From positions 32,001-96,000 of the IMG/VR virus record IMGVR_UViG_3300036783_000080: a stretch of DNA of 64,000 nucleotides, one strand, 5' to 3'. The first letter of the stretch is position 1. Each line of letters opens with the position of its first letter. Source of the stretch: a virus. Taxonomy: Duplodnaviria; Caudoviricetes. Made by a program: the position numbers and the translations under genes. The notes beneath the pieces are model-generated. The model was not told the DNA's origin, ran no database searches, and saw only the letters and a program-made list of their open reading frames with translations. Shown here in pieces: positions 18,691 to 28,556 of this stretch.

Positions 18691-19008
18691 TTATTCCTCC
18701 TCATTTAGTTCATAGGGTTCAACAACAAGCGGCTCACTAGTATCGGCATACCATTTTTCTGCATAGTCGGCATGTTCCTTAGAAGGAAAGTGTTCAGCAT
18801 CTTCAGGTTTCTTGACATTCTTGTATTGATAAACGTAAGGGTCATAGTTACCGTTATGTTTCAGATATTCACCCGTTTCAGTGTTTTTGATTACATAAAC
18901 CTTTCTTGTCAAATTAATCCCTCCTCTCATAATATAATAAAAGAGCGAACCATTTAATGATTCGCTCTGTTTTTCATATATTAAGTTCAGGTGTTGGTCC
19001 AAGTTCAA
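18691..19008 (-). CDS. Hypothetical phage protein (true start probably ~18912-18930)
   Basis: YVIKNTETGEYL..AEHFPSKEHA pattern common in phage small proteins. Confidence 0.6.
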   Translation of the reverse strand: MNLDQHLNLIYEKQSESLNGSLFYYIMRGGINLTRKVYVIKNTETGEYLKHNGNYDPYVYQYKNVKKPEDAEHFPSKEHADYAEKWYADTSEPLVVEPYELNEEE

Positions 19009-19534
19009 CCGTCATCCCGTATTCCTTTAATAAGTCTTTTACATCTTTCTCAGCCTTCTTCACAACTTCTTCTCTTTTCTTTGCTGGTGCGTAACAATAA
19101 CGATAGTCCAACATAATGCGGTCATAACGGTTTAAAAACTCATTCCATTCTCTTTCAACCCAAACTTCTCGGACATTCTTCACAGCAACTGGGAGACTCA
19201 TACAAGCGTTTCTTATACAAGAGTATTTATGAACTTCAAACACTTGAATGGATGCAGGTTCACAGTTTACATGTTCTTTTGTGTAAGGTTCTTTCCCTGG
19301 GACAAAACTTGGATAGTCAAGAGTTATTATCAATTTACCAGTCGTGTTATATCTTTTAACAACTTCGCACATCTGACTGTAGTTCAAATAAGCTCCTTCA
19401 ACAGTATAAAATATACTACCTTCAGTTGGAGCGTACTCAATTTTGTAGTATTTACGGAACTGTTTATGGTCTTCGTTAATACAAGTCGTTATCTTCACAT
19501 CATGAGTTTTCACTTCATCTAAGAACGATTTCAT
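18974..19534 (-). CDS. Hypothetical protein
   Basis: AAAGGAAG RBS. Confidence 0.7.
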   Translation of the reverse strand: MKSFLDEVKTHDVKITTCINEDHKQFRKYYKIEYAPTEGSIFYTVEGAYLNYSQMCEVVKRYNTTGKLIITLDYPSFVPGKEPYTKEHVNCEPASIQVFEVHKYSCIRNACMSLPVAVKNVREVWVEREWNEFLNRYDRIMLDYRYCYAPAKKREEVVKKAEKDVKDLLKEYGMTVELGPTPELNI

Positions 19535-19550
19535 TCAAAACACTTCCTTT

Positions 19551-19808
19551 CTAATCTTCATATTCCACTTTCATCTGAACTCTTCCGCTTGGACTAACAA
19601 CGAAGCCACCACAAGTACATTGAACGCCATATTCTCTTGGGTCAACCTTTGTCCAGTCGTAAGATTTATGACATTCAAAACAAAAGATGGTCATTGATTT
19701 AATCTTTCTTTCATTATTCTTAAACATATCACCATAGCAGCTCTCACAAAGTCCTAATCTATACACCTCATTCTTCTTACATTCTTGACATGTATTCATA
19801 GTATCCAC
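19551..19808 (-). CDS. Double zinc-finger protein
   Basis: CQEC, CESC, CFEC, CTCGG. Confidence 0.7.
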   Translation of the reverse strand: MDTMNTCQECKKNEVYRLGLCESCYGDMFKNNERKIKSMTIFCFECHKSYDWTKVDPREYGVQCTCGGFVVSPSGRVQMKVEYED

Positions 19809-19809
19809 C

Positions 19810-20313
19810 TCATTCGTATTCTTTACAAGCCCAATGAGTACCTTTAGATATACCAGTTATAATATCATGACTGAGTTTTGTTTTTGTTACAATATCTTTC
19901 TTTTTAATTCCAGATTCTAACATAGATACAATAACGTTATACTTTTGTTTTGTCACTTTGGCTCTCGGATTAATTGAACCTTTCGGTTTAAAAGTTCTAT
20001 CTCTTTGTACAGTATCACGCACATTATCCTGTTGCGTTCCCAACTCAAGATGCCCTGGATTTATACAAAGAGAATTGTCGCATTTATGTCTTACTACCAT
20101 GTTCTTTGGGATATCTCCATTAACCAGATAATACATATAGCGATTCAAACGCCACTTTTTGGATAATCGCTTAATTGATGGATACCCTTTTTCCATACCT
20201 TTATGACTAGTACAAACCCAACAACCGTTTTCTGTTGTCTTATACTCAATTGGAAATCTTGAGTGATTCGGCTTAAATTGTTTTGCTAGTCTTGACTCAT
20301 CGACAGTAGGCAT
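19810..20313 (-). CDS. HNH homing endonuclease
   Basis: GCWV, GYP, VVRHKCDNSLCINPGHLELGTQQDN, C-terminal HTH. Confidence 0.9.
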   Translation of the reverse strand: MPTVDESRLAKQFKPNHSRFPIEYKTTENGCWVCTSHKGMEKGYPSIKRLSKKWRLNRYMYYLVNGDIPKNMVVRHKCDNSLCINPGHLELGTQQDNVRDTVQRDRTFKPKGSINPRAKVTKQKYNVIVSMLESGIKKKDIVTKTKLSHDIITGISKGTHWACKEYE

Positions 20314-20316
20314 TTC

Positions 20317-20628
20317 TTAGTCCTCCTTGATTTTTCCTTCTACAGAGAATCCGACTTTTCTTGGTCTAATCGGTAAAAGCTCCCCAATGTTAATAAGGTG
20401 TAATAGCTTGTTATGAATATCGCATTTAATTCTGGACATTGTTTCTTCTGTATTAGGTTGTCCAACATACTTTGGATTAATCTCATCAAGAATCCCTTGG
20501 TAAACGCTATGTTTAACACCATAAAAGTCATCATTGATGTATATCTCATATACTTCTTCCCTATCCATATAAGCACCTCCTTTACATAAATAAAGAGCAG
20601 AAATGTAAAGTACACTCCTGCCCCTCAT
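20317..20628 (-). CDS. Hypothetical protein (likely start MDREE ~20568)
   Basis: AAAGGAGGTG RBS. Confidence 0.6.
   Translation of the reverse strand: MRGRSVLYISALYLCKGGAYMDREEVYEIYINDDFYGVKHSVYQGILDEINPKYVGQPNTEETMSRIKCDIHNKLLHLINIGELLPIRPRKVGFSVEGKIKED
20587..20618 (-). promoter_or_regulatory. Phage-type promoter motif
   Basis: AGGAGT-19-TTTATTT with CTTTAC, weak hairpin. Confidence 0.5.
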
Positions 20629-20631
20629 CCT

Positions 20632-20904
20632 TTAGGAGAACGCTGAGATGAAATTCACAATGTACACTATCAACATAATGGAGCCAATTGCTAGTGAACA
20701 AAACAGTACCGATTGAACGAAGAGAAGTGCAAACCAAGTCAAGCTCGACTGTCCTTTGCGAATATCTGCTGTTGTTCTCGCCGCTAGGAAGACAAGGAAG
20801 CCTATGACTGCGATTGAAACTATGATGTCTAGCAGGAAACTAGCAATTTTATGCATCTTCATCACCTCAAAATCAGATGTTTCTCCATAAAAGAAACTCG
20901 TCAA
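20632..20904 (-). CDS. Two-TM membrane protein
   Basis: Two long hydrophobic segments. Confidence 0.6.
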   Translation of the reverse strand: MTSFFYGETSDFEVMKMHKIASFLLDIIVSIAVIGFLVFLAARTTADIRKGQSSLTWFALLFVQSVLFCSLAIGSIMLIVYIVNFISAFS

Positions 20905-20929
20905 TAATATGACGAGTCATCGGATGTTC

Positions 20930-21487
20930 TTATATGTCTCTATTCTCTTTTTCCTTTTCTTTAATATATTCCAGTAGCCAGATTCTCCCTTCATCTGAAT
21001 TGAGCCATTTCTTTACAATTGAGCTCACTCCTCGCACAACTTTTATGATTCCCATGTCCACAAATAGGTAACAAGGAATGAACACAGTTTGTCGCTCTCC
21101 TGTACTCATTGTAACACGTATCTCGTAACGATTGATGCCCATTCCACCCATAGCTACAATCTGAGCTTTATGAACAAACGGTTCAACCTCTGAAGCCTTG
21201 CGCAGTTTATCCTTCTTGTGATGTTTCTTAATAAGTTCTCCAAGTTCCTTCTTGAACTCTTCATTTTCAGGCTCTGCCATTTTTAACACGATTACTTGAT
21301 GTGCGTTAGGATTTCCTGATGCTCTGCGTAGTTCCGCTGTCAGCCCGTCCTCTTTGATTGTCTCGTTTATAGCAGTTAGTCCTAACTCAATAAAGGGGAT
21401 GATGTCTTTCTCTTCCTTCGTAGTGTAGATTGTCATAAGATAATTAATTGCTTTCGTACCTTTCATACCGTTTTTCCTCCCATTCAT
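20930..21487 (-). CDS. Hypothetical protein
   Basis: Operon continuity. Confidence 0.7.
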   Translation of the reverse strand: MNGRKNGMKGTKAINYLMTIYTTKEEKDIIPFIELGLTAINETIKEDGLTAELRRASGNPNAHQVIVLKMAEPENEEFKKELGELIKKHHKKDKLRKASEVEPFVHKAQIVAMGGMGINRYEIRVTMSTGERQTVFIPCYLFVDMGIIKVVRGVSSIVKKWLNSDEGRIWLLEYIKEKEKENRDI

Positions 21488-21686
21488 TTATAGTGTGTTT
21501 TAATGCTATAACAAAGCTGCCAAAAGCGTATATGAATAAATATCTGTCAAAGCTAGGCAACAACCAACCATAATGTATAGACAACGTTAAATCCAACGCA
21601 TAGATGAACTGCGTAACCATGAAACCGATAACTTCACAAAATAATAAGTTCTCTATGAACCTTGCTAAAAATGTTAAGAACTTCAT
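21444..21686 (-). CDS. Membrane protein
   Basis: AAGGAGG RBS; hydrophobic. Confidence 0.65.
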   Translation of the reverse strand: MKFLTFLARFIENLLFCEVIGFMVTQFIYALDLTLSIHYGWLLPSFDRYLFIYAFGSFVIALKHTINEWEEKRYERYESN

Positions 21687-21733
21687 ATTTGTCCTCCTTA
21701 CATAAAGAAAGAGGAAAGCAATGCTTCCCTCTC

Positions 21734-22249
21734 TTATTCGTCTTCTTCCATGCTAGTGGCGATTTCTGCTGCTGCTTCAATTAATCCTGTAAACATAGCA
21801 TTAATCTGCGGTGGAAGATTCTCAGCTGCTCTGAGAAGTCCATCTTTGTCCTCTTTTGCGGTCATAGCAAATTCTGTTAGAATACCAATCAAAATTTTTG
21901 CTGGCTTTTCAAGTAACGCTCCTTCAAGAGGTTTAACTAATTCTGTTTGAGGGTCAATTCCCATAATCTGGAAGAAGTTCTTATCACCCGTTCCAATAAT
22001 AATCAGATAGTCATCTTCATTTTCACTGTCTGTTGATAAGATATGCGTTACTTTCGCAACACCTTTTTCTATCTCTTCCGCTTCTCCATCTGGAGCGTAG
22101 TTTCCTAACACTTCTGACACATCTTCGTTAACAGGGATTAACATATCCATTTTATTCGTTTCTTTATCAATACATTGAGCACCTTGCACAAATTGTAGTA
22201 GACCAATACAACCACTTAATTTTTCCAAAGTTTGATATAACATAACCAA
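21734..22249 (-). CDS. Acidic hypothetical protein
   Basis: GGAGG RBS. Confidence 0.7.
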   Translation of the reverse strand: MVMLYQTLEKLSGCIGLLQFVQGAQCIDKETNKMDMLIPVNEDVSEVLGNYAPDGEAEEIEKGVAKVTHILSTDSENEDDYLIIIGTGDKNFFQIMGIDPQTELVKPLEGALLEKPAKILIGILTEFAMTAKEDKDGLLRAAENLPPQINAMFTGLIEAAAEIATSMEEDE

Positions 22250-22257
22250 ATTCCTCC

Positions 22258-22668
22258 TTAGTTTTCCATAACTTTTTGTAACATCAAAACATAACGGTTA
22301 AATCCTGCTTCATCTCTTTCATCTAAACAAATATCAATCATCAATCTGATATCCTCTTCTTCAAGAGCTGACAAATCATCATACTTTCTTATTTGAAGCC
22401 TTTTTATGTCAGTAAGCTCAACGCTGACTGTTCGCTCTCTATCTCGTCTAGAAGGACGGACAAACTCACCGCCATTCTCACGAACTTGAACGATTTTGAA
22501 CCTCATCTTGTTAATAAAGGTTTTAGATACTTGCGCCAAGGCTTCAACACCGTGGACGTAATACTCTGGGTGATTTACAAGTATGTAATCTCCTGAACTT
22601 AATTGTTCCCTGAAAGGAATCTTCGTGTCCAAAAGTTCTTCCATATTCTTTTCCTCCCTTGTAGTCAA
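22258..22668 (-). CDS. IDEAL-domain protein
   Basis: C-terminal LMIDICLDERDEAGFNRYV. Confidence 0.65.
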   Translation of the reverse strand: MTTREEKNMEELLDTKIPFREQLSSGDYILVNHPEYYVHGVEALAQVSKTFINKMRFKIVQVRENGGEFVRPSRRDRERTVSVELTDIKRLQIRKYDDLSALEEEDIRLMIDICLDERDEAGFNRYVLMLQKVMEN

Positions 22669-22794
22669 CTGTAACTCGCCTACAAACTTATCATACTTTA
22701 CATTTTAATAGATTACAAGAAAAAATTTGACAATTTTGGGAATATTTTCTTGATTACAAATAAAGATGAGCAGATACATGTCTACTCATCGTTG

Positions 22795-23037
22795 TTAGGA
22801 GATTATAATTTTGTTAGCTTTATAGTAACGATGTCCATTACTTTGTTTAGATGTTACATGTGCGAACGGTATTTGTTCCCTTTTACACCAAGTTTTCAAT
22901 GCATCCTCTTCATCTTTCGCCTTAATAAATCTTTGACGTTTAACAACATTCTCTTTAATTCTAAGACCAATCATAAAGGTTTCCATATATTTCCCCTCTC
23001 CCTTATCTAAATCAAAAGAAGAAATAAAAACCTCCAA
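22795..23037 (-). CDS. Hypothetical protein (likely start METF ~22987)
   Basis: GAGGGG RBS. Confidence 0.55.
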   Translation of the reverse strand: MEVFISSFDLDKGEGKYMETFMIGLRIKENVVKRQRFIKAKDEEDALKTWCKREQIPFAHVTSKQSNGHRYYKANKIIIS

Positions 23038-23104
23038 CTACAACGCCAATCATAATGATTAACGACAGACAGCCGATAATTGCACGTTCAACTTTTTCAC
23101 TCAT
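23012..23104 (-). CDS. 30-aa single-TM microprotein (MSEKVERAIIGCLSLIIMIGVVVGGFYFFF)
   Basis: GGGAGTGAG upstream; one TM; missing from ORF track. Confidence 0.5.
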   Translation of the reverse strand: MSEKVERAIIGCLSLIIMIGVVVGGFYFFF

Positions 23105-23220
23105 AAGATACTCACTCCCACTCGTTACTTTGGTATATGTACTCTTATTTTGTCCTGTATTGAAGGTTTTTATCCTCTTGCTTAATATAAGCCGCTTGTT
23201 GAATTACGCTCTCCTGTAGG

Positions 23221-23490
23221 TCAGAAACGAACGCCTGGATGACGTTTAACTGCACCGACTTCTTCAGGTGTTTCTGGGACATAAACTGCTTGGAATCCTT
23301 GTTCACGATATTGTTCAAGGGTTGTAATGCCTTGCGTTGTATATGGAATTGTTTTAACTTTTCCTTCAAGGATATAACCAGCCATCAGCTTGTCAATCTC
23401 TTGTGGTTGAATACCTTTCTTTTTCTGCTGATTCTTCATCAGCTTCCCTAAAGCAACATTAACATCTGGAGTAACCGCATAAATTTTCAT
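23221..23490 (-). CDS. Hypothetical protein (MKIYAV...)
   Basis: AGGAGAG RBS. Confidence 0.65.
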   Translation of the reverse strand: MKIYAVTPDVNVALGKLMKNQQKKKGIQPQEIDKLMAGYILEGKVKTIPYTTQGITTLEQYREQGFQAVYVPETPEEVGAVKRHPGVRF

Positions 23491-23598
23491 ATTAACTCTC
23501 CTATCGTTTATTTTTGAGTAACAAAAACCATAATACTGCACCAATTAATACTAATCCTAGTACGATTCCGACTGTTTCCACTATTATCACCTCTCATC

Positions 23599-23630
23599 TA
23601 AAGAAAAGAGGTAACTCAAAAGTTACCTCC
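23599..23630 (-). promoter_or_regulatory. Hairpin/promoter hybrid element
   Basis: GGGAGG-19-TTTCTTT; stem GAGGTAACT/AGTTACCTC. Confidence 0.55.
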
Positions 23631-23823
23631 CAATACTCATTCCTTTACGATACCAAGAAGCAATCTGCTCCTCAGTAACATCTCCCACAAAAGTCCTTGG
23701 TTGGACTATATCAATAAACTTTTTGATTGCTCCAAGGTTCTCTGTTTCACAATATGGAGTCCCATCTTTCTCAGTAACACAAAGAGCTACGATGTCATCA
23801 GTAAAATATATACTATATCTCAT
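23623..23823 (-). CDS. Hypothetical protein, paralog of 43901..44104
   Basis: Shared YS..DG..Y..T..I..F..G.VT..Q...WY pattern. Confidence 0.7.
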   Translation of the reverse strand: MRYSIYFTDDIVALCVTEKDGTPYCETENLGAIKKFIDIVQPRTFVGDVTEEQIASWYRKGMSIGR

Positions 23824-24224
23824 TAGATTTCCACCCCATTAAAATGACTTAAACGAATGTCTTTCATGTGGGCGTAGCTCTCAGCATTAGATTGATGACG
23901 TCCATAAGGAACAATTTTGTCATCCCAATGTACAAAATGTTCGTGTTTCTTTCCATAACCTTCTAAACGTTTTGCTTTTTCTTGTAAGTCGGGTTTCAGC
24001 CACTCTGCTTCTTCCCCTCCACGTAAAGCATACGCCAACTCAATCACCTTCAACGCAGCGTTTTCAGAAGTTACTTGGACAGCTTGCTCTGTGATGTTGT
24101 TTATAACTTCGAACTTTGTTGACTGAGTTTGAGTGATAGTATACCATTTCCAGTTCACAATAACTGGGTAGTCGTGTAATTTCTTCCCTTTTACGCCTTT
24201 AGTTGCAACCGCTGCTTTTGTCAT
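23823..24224 (-). CDS. Hypothetical protein
   Basis: GGAGGAG RBS. Confidence 0.7.
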   Translation of the reverse strand: MTKAAVATKGVKGKKLHDYPVIVNWKWYTITQTQSTKFEVINNITEQAVQVTSENAALKVIELAYALRGGEEAEWLKPDLQEKAKRLEGYGKKHEHFVHWDDKIVPYGRHQSNAESYAHMKDIRLSHFNGVEI

Positions 24225-24241
24225 TTTAATTCTCCTCCAAA

Positions 24242-24742
24242 TTATAAAGTTTTTACGATTTCGTTTGTATTCTTATTCACAAATTTAACAGTAATATCAT
24301 CAGATGTTACAATATGAGCTTCCTTGCCATACTCTTCGTGTGCTTTCTTTTTAACCCATCCCCAAGTTTCATACGTCACACCTTGGCCAAATGCCTGTCT
24401 TGCCTGCGGATATTGTGAACTTGGTATCCCCATTTGGTTCGCCACAGCATCCATATCCATAAACAAAGTTATCGTTTTACCTGTTTCATCAATCTCAACG
24501 TGCGTTTTCATGTAGTCCAACTGTGGTTGGTTCTTTACAGGCGTATTTACAGCCAACTGAAGGATAGCCTTGTAGTTGCGAATACGTTCTTTCAGAAGTA
24601 CTGCTTGTTCCTTTGCCTTGGAATCCTCTTTAAATCCTTGCTGTGTAGGTTTCTCTGTTGTAGTCTTCTCTGTGTTGCTACAAGCTCCCATAAGTCCCAC
24701 CGTTACTAATAAACCAATACCAACCTTTTTCCAATTTTTCAT
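24242..24742 (-). CDS. Lipoprotein
   Basis: MKNWKK, hydrophobic core, lipobox MGAC. Confidence 0.8.
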   Translation of the reverse strand: MKNWKKVGIGLLVTVGLMGACSNTEKTTTEKPTQQGFKEDSKAKEQAVLLKERIRNYKAILQLAVNTPVKNQPQLDYMKTHVEIDETGKTITLFMDMDAVANQMGIPSSQYPQARQAFGQGVTYETWGWVKKKAHEEYGKEAHIVTSDDITVKFVNKNTNEIVKTL

Positions 24743-24780
24743 TGTTATTCCTCCCCAGGATAATTAAATGAAGTTGACTT

Positions 24781-25644
24781 TCATTCAAACGCTCTGTTGT
24801 TTGCAACTTTGTATTCCGCAAGCTCTTGTGAATAATTCAAGAAAGATTCTCTGTCACCTTCGTCAATCGCTTTGTCAATAAGGAAACGCAATCTTTGTTC
24901 ACCAAATAATTTGGAAACTTCTTCCACTAGTTGGTTCACCTCCTTTCGATACTCTGGAGAAATCCTACTTGATTTGGCCATAGCATCGTGCTCTTGAATA
25001 ATGCCATTTTTGAACTCAACCTCTTTACCGTTGACTTTGACAGAACCTTCTACAATATGGGTCATTAGAGATTCAGTGATGGCATCGTCCTTCTCTCGGT
25101 ACGCAGTTAAATCATCTTCAATTTCATTCCAGAAGCTATCATTCACGTCAGGCTCACTTGAACTACTAAAAGAATGACTGTTCTGACTCATCATATTCCT
25201 CTGTTGTTCATCATATTCCGCCATTTTACGTACAACTTCAGGAGAATATTCACGTAAGTCTCGTTGATACAATCTGCGATACCTGCGAGAGTCACTAGCA
25301 TAGAATCCAAGAACAATTGTCACTTCATCTTCCTCTTTGAGCTTATCCATAAATTTGTTCATCGCAGACTTGTCCACGTGTCTGAATTTTGGTCCATCGT
25401 GTTCAATGTACTCTGCTCGACAGAATTTTCTACTTTCGTCAACATCTATAAAGATAGCAAAATCAGTATAATACGAATACACATAACGCTTAAATGTTGC
25501 GTAATTTTCTGCCACAAAAACAAATTTGACATTTTTCTTTGATATTAGTTCTCTATGTATGTCTGTGATGAACACTCGAATGCCCGTATGAATTTCTGCT
25601 TCATGTAAATAATCGTTCATTTTAAGTAATAGAGAATTTTTCAT
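24781..25644 (-). CDS. IDEAL-domain protein
   Basis: C-terminal LRFLIDKAIDEGDRESFLNYSQEL. Confidence 0.75.
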   Translation of the reverse strand: MKNSLLLKMNDYLHEAEIHTGIRVFITDIHRELISKKNVKFVFVAENYATFKRYVYSYYTDFAIFIDVDESRKFCRAEYIEHDGPKFRHVDKSAMNKFMDKLKEEDEVTIVLGFYASDSRRYRRLYQRDLREYSPEVVRKMAEYDEQQRNMMSQNSHSFSSSSEPDVNDSFWNEIEDDLTAYREKDDAITESLMTHIVEGSVKVNGKEVEFKNGIIQEHDAMAKSSRISPEYRKEVNQLVEEVSKLFGEQRLRFLIDKAIDEGDRESFLNYSQELAEYKVANNRAFE

Positions 25645-25647
25645 CTC

Positions 25648-25727
25648 AACCGCTCCTTTTCCTACTTGGTTAGTGTGTAAGAACTATCTTACAAGTTAAT
25701 CATATATTATCCTTTCCCAACGGTCAA
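25648..25727 (-). promoter_or_regulatory. SigA promoter plus palindromic leader cassette (copy 1)
   Basis: TTGACC-17-TATGAT-TAAC-TTGTAAGATAGTTCTTACACACTAACCAAGTAGGAAAAGGAGCGGTT. Confidence 0.8.
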
Positions 25728-25796
25728 GAGATATTTATGAAATTTTTGAAAATATTTTTATTCAAGAGAAAAGCGTGGATTTCTCCACGCCGCTTA

Positions 25797-26102
25797 TTAA
25801 TAAGTTAGCGCTCTACAAGGGTCACACATTAGGTTTTTATCTTTCGGTTTCGGCATACCGCATCTTGGACAATAGCAGTGTTCCGTTTCTTTAGGTTGAG
25901 AGGTACTTACAAGATGGAAATTCTTCTCTAAAGAGCTTTCAGTGTGTTTTACGTACATTTGACTATTTACAGAGATTTTATAAATGATACAATCAGCGAT
26001 AATTTCAATTTTTGTAACCGCTCCTTTGATACCTTTTTCAATACCAGTGTACCCAAGACCTTTTGATTCAACTAATGTTCCAACTAAGTATTTGTTTCTC
26101 AT
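25797..26102 (-). CDS. SH3-like plus zinc-finger protein
   Basis: CPRC..CDPC at C-terminus. Confidence 0.7.
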   Translation of the reverse strand: MRNKYLVGTLVESKGLGYTGIEKGIKGAVTKIEIIADCIIYKISVNSQMYVKHTESSLEKNFHLVSTSQPKETEHCYCPRCGMPKPKDKNLMCDPCRALTY

Positions 26103-26106
26103 AATT

Positions 26107-26186
26107 AACCGCTCCTTTCCTACTTGGTTATTGTGTAAGAACTATCTTACAAGTTAATCATAATATAAGTATGTTCCAATAGTCAA
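26107..26186 (-). promoter_or_regulatory. SigA promoter plus palindromic leader cassette (copy 2)
   Basis: TTGACTATTGG, 18-nt spacer, TATGAT, near-identical leader. Confidence 0.8.
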
Positions 26187-26226
26187 GTGTTTATTCTGAA
26201 AATTTGAAAATAAAAAGAGAGCCTTT

Positions 26227-26571
26227 TCAGGCTCTCCTTCTTTCCAACTCTTTACACACATTCATCTTCATCTTTATATGAGGGTTACTAACCAATTCTT
26301 TTTCCGTATGATTATCATCTTTGAACAACCTCCCATATTTATGTTCGTAGTATAGAAAGAACGGTAATGAAGCAACAATCCCTAAAACGAGTGTTCCGCA
26401 AGCTATAAGGAGAAAATTGATAGACAGTTCTCCCAGGCTGTTCGTATACCACCAGAATCCTTCTGTAAAGAATCCTTTTGATAAATACGTCAAGAGAGGA
26501 AATGTCACCGCTCCTGCGCCAAATAGAACACTTAAACTCAACGCTTGTAACTTTGTTTCTTTATCCATCAT
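26227..26571 (-). CDS. Membrane protein
   Basis: Two TM segments; GGGAGG RBS. Confidence 0.65.
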   Translation of the reverse strand: MMDKETKLQALSLSVLFGAGAVTFPLLTYLSKGFFTEGFWWYTNSLGELSINFLLIACGTLVLGIVASLPFFLYYEHKYGRLFKDDNHTEKELVSNPHIKMKMNVCKELERRRA

Positions 26572-26633
26572 ATTTCCTCCCTATAGCTTGATTTATAAGA
26601 GGAGAAGCCGCTTTGACCTCGCCTCAATTTAAT

Positions 26634-26837
26634 TTATCGAACGTCAACCCAACGCATCATAACTTGTAACGCTTCATCATAACTGTTTGAAGATGTTACT
26701 TCATTTTGGAACTGTTCAATCTCCTCTTTAGAGATTTTATTTCTGCGCATCGCTTTCGATACAATCCCCATAAGGTTGAAAACATTTCCATCTTCCCCAA
26801 TTAATTTTACTTCAATTCCAGTTTTGCTTTTACTCAT
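26634..26837 (-). CDS. Conserved small phage/plasmid protein
   Basis: KLIGEDGNVFNLMG..YDEALQ..WVDV motif. Confidence 0.75.
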   Translation of the reverse strand: MSKSKTGIEVKLIGEDGNVFNLMGIVSKAMRRNKISKEEIEQFQNEVTSSNSYDEALQVMMRWVDVR

Positions 26838-26856
26838 TCCAATCCGCTCCCTTTTA

Positions 26857-27174
26857 TTAGTAGTTTAAGATTCCAACATATCGGCAGTAGTCATAACCTT
26901 GAGTGTCAACCGCAACTGTTTCATATCCATTTGTTACTACCAACACGCGGTCTTGCTTCCATTTGCGATTATGTTTTCTACAGATTTCACTGTCTTTCAT
27001 AAAGTTGTTAACGAATAGTTCAAAAGAATCATGATTCAACTTTACAATTTCTCCCACAGCCAACTTTGTTGTTTCAAAATTTGACTTGCTTTCATAAGAC
27101 CTTTGTAACTCATCAAAGTTTCTAAGTTTACTAAACATTTTGACTTGAATTTTCTGACCAACTTTTAGTCTCAT
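26857..27174 (-). CDS. DUF6329-like protein
   Basis: VAVDTQGYDYCRYVG C-terminal motif. Confidence 0.6.
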   Translation of the reverse strand: MRLKVGQKIQVKMFSKLRNFDELQRSYESKSNFETTKLAVGEIVKLNHDSFELFVNNFMKDSEICRKHNRKWKQDRVLVVTNGYETVAVDTQGYDYCRYVGILNY

Positions 27175-27178
27175 AATT

Positions 27179-27259
27179 AACCGCTCCTTTTCCTACTTGG
27201 TTAGTGTGTAAGAACTATCTTACAAGGTATAGCATAGTATATTATACTACAATGGTCAA
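27179..27259 (-). promoter_or_regulatory. SigA promoter plus palindromic leader cassette (copy 3)
   Basis: TTGACC-17-TATGCT plus the same leader. Confidence 0.8.
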
Positions 27260-27334
27260 GTGTTTATTCTGAAATTGTTGAAATTATTTTTTATGTAAAA
27301 GAAAAGAGCTGAATATAACAGCTCTTTACTAGGA

Positions 27335-27649
27335 TTATTTTATGTCATCTTCCTTTAATGGATTTCCATTAGCATCTTTTATAACAATACGAAGAACTTC
27401 AGTTAATGGCAAGAGATGTACAGAACCGTCTTCTTGTCCAGCAATTATGAAGCGTTCTTTTTTCACAGCATCTCGCAGCCAGAACTTAATATCAGAAGTT
27501 TCTACATCAACAGTATGTTCCTCAATGACTTTCTTTCCTACTTCCTTTATATCAGGAACAAGAAGAACGAATGTAACATTATATTTCTTCATTTTTGGAG
27601 AAGAGATACCAACACCAACAGATTTCTCAGTAATACTTTTCTTTTCCAT
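27335..27649 (-). CDS. Hypothetical protein
   Basis: TAATG coupling; terminator downstream. Confidence 0.7.
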   Translation of the reverse strand: MEKKSITEKSVGVGISSPKMKKYNVTFVLLVPDIKEVGKKVIEEHTVDVETSDIKFWLRDAVKKERFIIAGQEDGSVHLLPLTEVLRIVIKDANGNPLKEDDIK

Positions 27650-27731
27650 TATTTACCACCCTTTCTTCTCTCATCAATTATACAACCTAACATCACGCCT
27701 ACGAACAACACAACCCAGAACAAAGTAGCCA

Positions 27732-28064
27732 TTACCTTCTATCAAGCAACTTTTGCATTTCTTTTTGTTGCTCTCTAAGTTCTTTCTTCTCAGCATGGTC
27801 TTGGTCATAAAGTACGCCGCTTGCGATAGTTGTTACGATTAATAAGACAACGCCACCAACATATTGTTCTTTAACTATAAGAAGAAATAATCCACTCAAC
27901 AACATAGCAAAGATAGAAAGAGCCATCATAGTTCTCGGAACATTTAATTGGTCTTTTTCTACACTAGTGAGAATCATTCTTGGTCTGTCGTCTGGTAATA
28001 TCTTTGCTGTTTTGTCCCATTCTTCTATTTCTTTCTTTAGATATTCTTTTTCATCTTTCGCCAT
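27732..28064 (-). CDS. Two-TM membrane protein
   Basis: AGGAGG RBS; hydrophobic hairpin. Confidence 0.7.
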   Translation of the reverse strand: MAKDEKEYLKKEIEEWDKTAKILPDDRPRMILTSVEKDQLNVPRTMMALSIFAMLLSGLFLLIVKEQYVGGVVLLIVTTIASGVLYDQDHAEKKELREQQKEMQKLLDRR

Positions 28065-28075
28065 TTCATGTCCTC

Positions 28076-28324
28076 CTAATATAGACGTAAACTGTTGGCT
28101 TCCTCTGGTTCACAATATTCTTTAATATATTCATTGTACTCATCAATAATTTGTCTGGGTAACATACGTGTAATTGTGTCAAACTCTGTGTACTGTGTTT
28201 TTATCTTTAGGTATTGTATGCAACCATCTTCACCATACGGTTGTATCTTCAACATGCGTAAGAAATATGCTTTTCTCTCAACAAGATATTGAATAAAACT
28301 GTAATTATTGTCACCTATGTCCAT
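28076..28324 (-). CDS. Hypothetical protein
   Basis: AAGGAG RBS. Confidence 0.65.
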   Translation of the reverse strand: MDIGDNNYSFIQYLVERKAYFLRMLKIQPYGEDGCIQYLKIKTQYTEFDTITRMLPRQIIDEYNEYIKEYCEPEEANSLRLY

Positions 28325-28556
28325 GTTTGGGCAGCTCCTTCGCTTTTATGACATACATTGAAGAACTTTCTTCAAAGTAACAATCAACACCATAGTTAAT
28401 TACATCCCTTACATCAATCATCTCCCTTTGAGGGATTCTGATTTCACCGCCATAATGTTGTATAATGTTGCAGAAATATCGTAATAGCTTGTGATAATTC
28501 TGTTCTTGTAACGCCAGCTTTCCTTCAAGAATCTTAATGTATTCTTTATCTTCCAT
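28311..28556 (-). CDS. Hypothetical protein
   Basis: TAATG coupling. Confidence 0.65.
   Translation of the reverse strand: MEDKEYIKILEGKLALQEQNYHKLLRYFCNIIQHYGGEIRIPQREMIDVRDVINYGVDCYFEESSSMYVIKAKELPKHGHR

Noticed and set aside
19810-20313. HNH gene as part of a group I intron
   Set aside because: It abuts intact neighbours within 1-3 bp, leaving no room for an intron core. It is free-standing.
25648-27259. Three near-identical ~50-80 bp repeats as a CRISPR array or attC-like sites
   Set aside because: The units are separated by whole genes, each contains -35/-10 boxes and an RBS, and no cas or integrase gene is present. They are promoter-leader cassettes.
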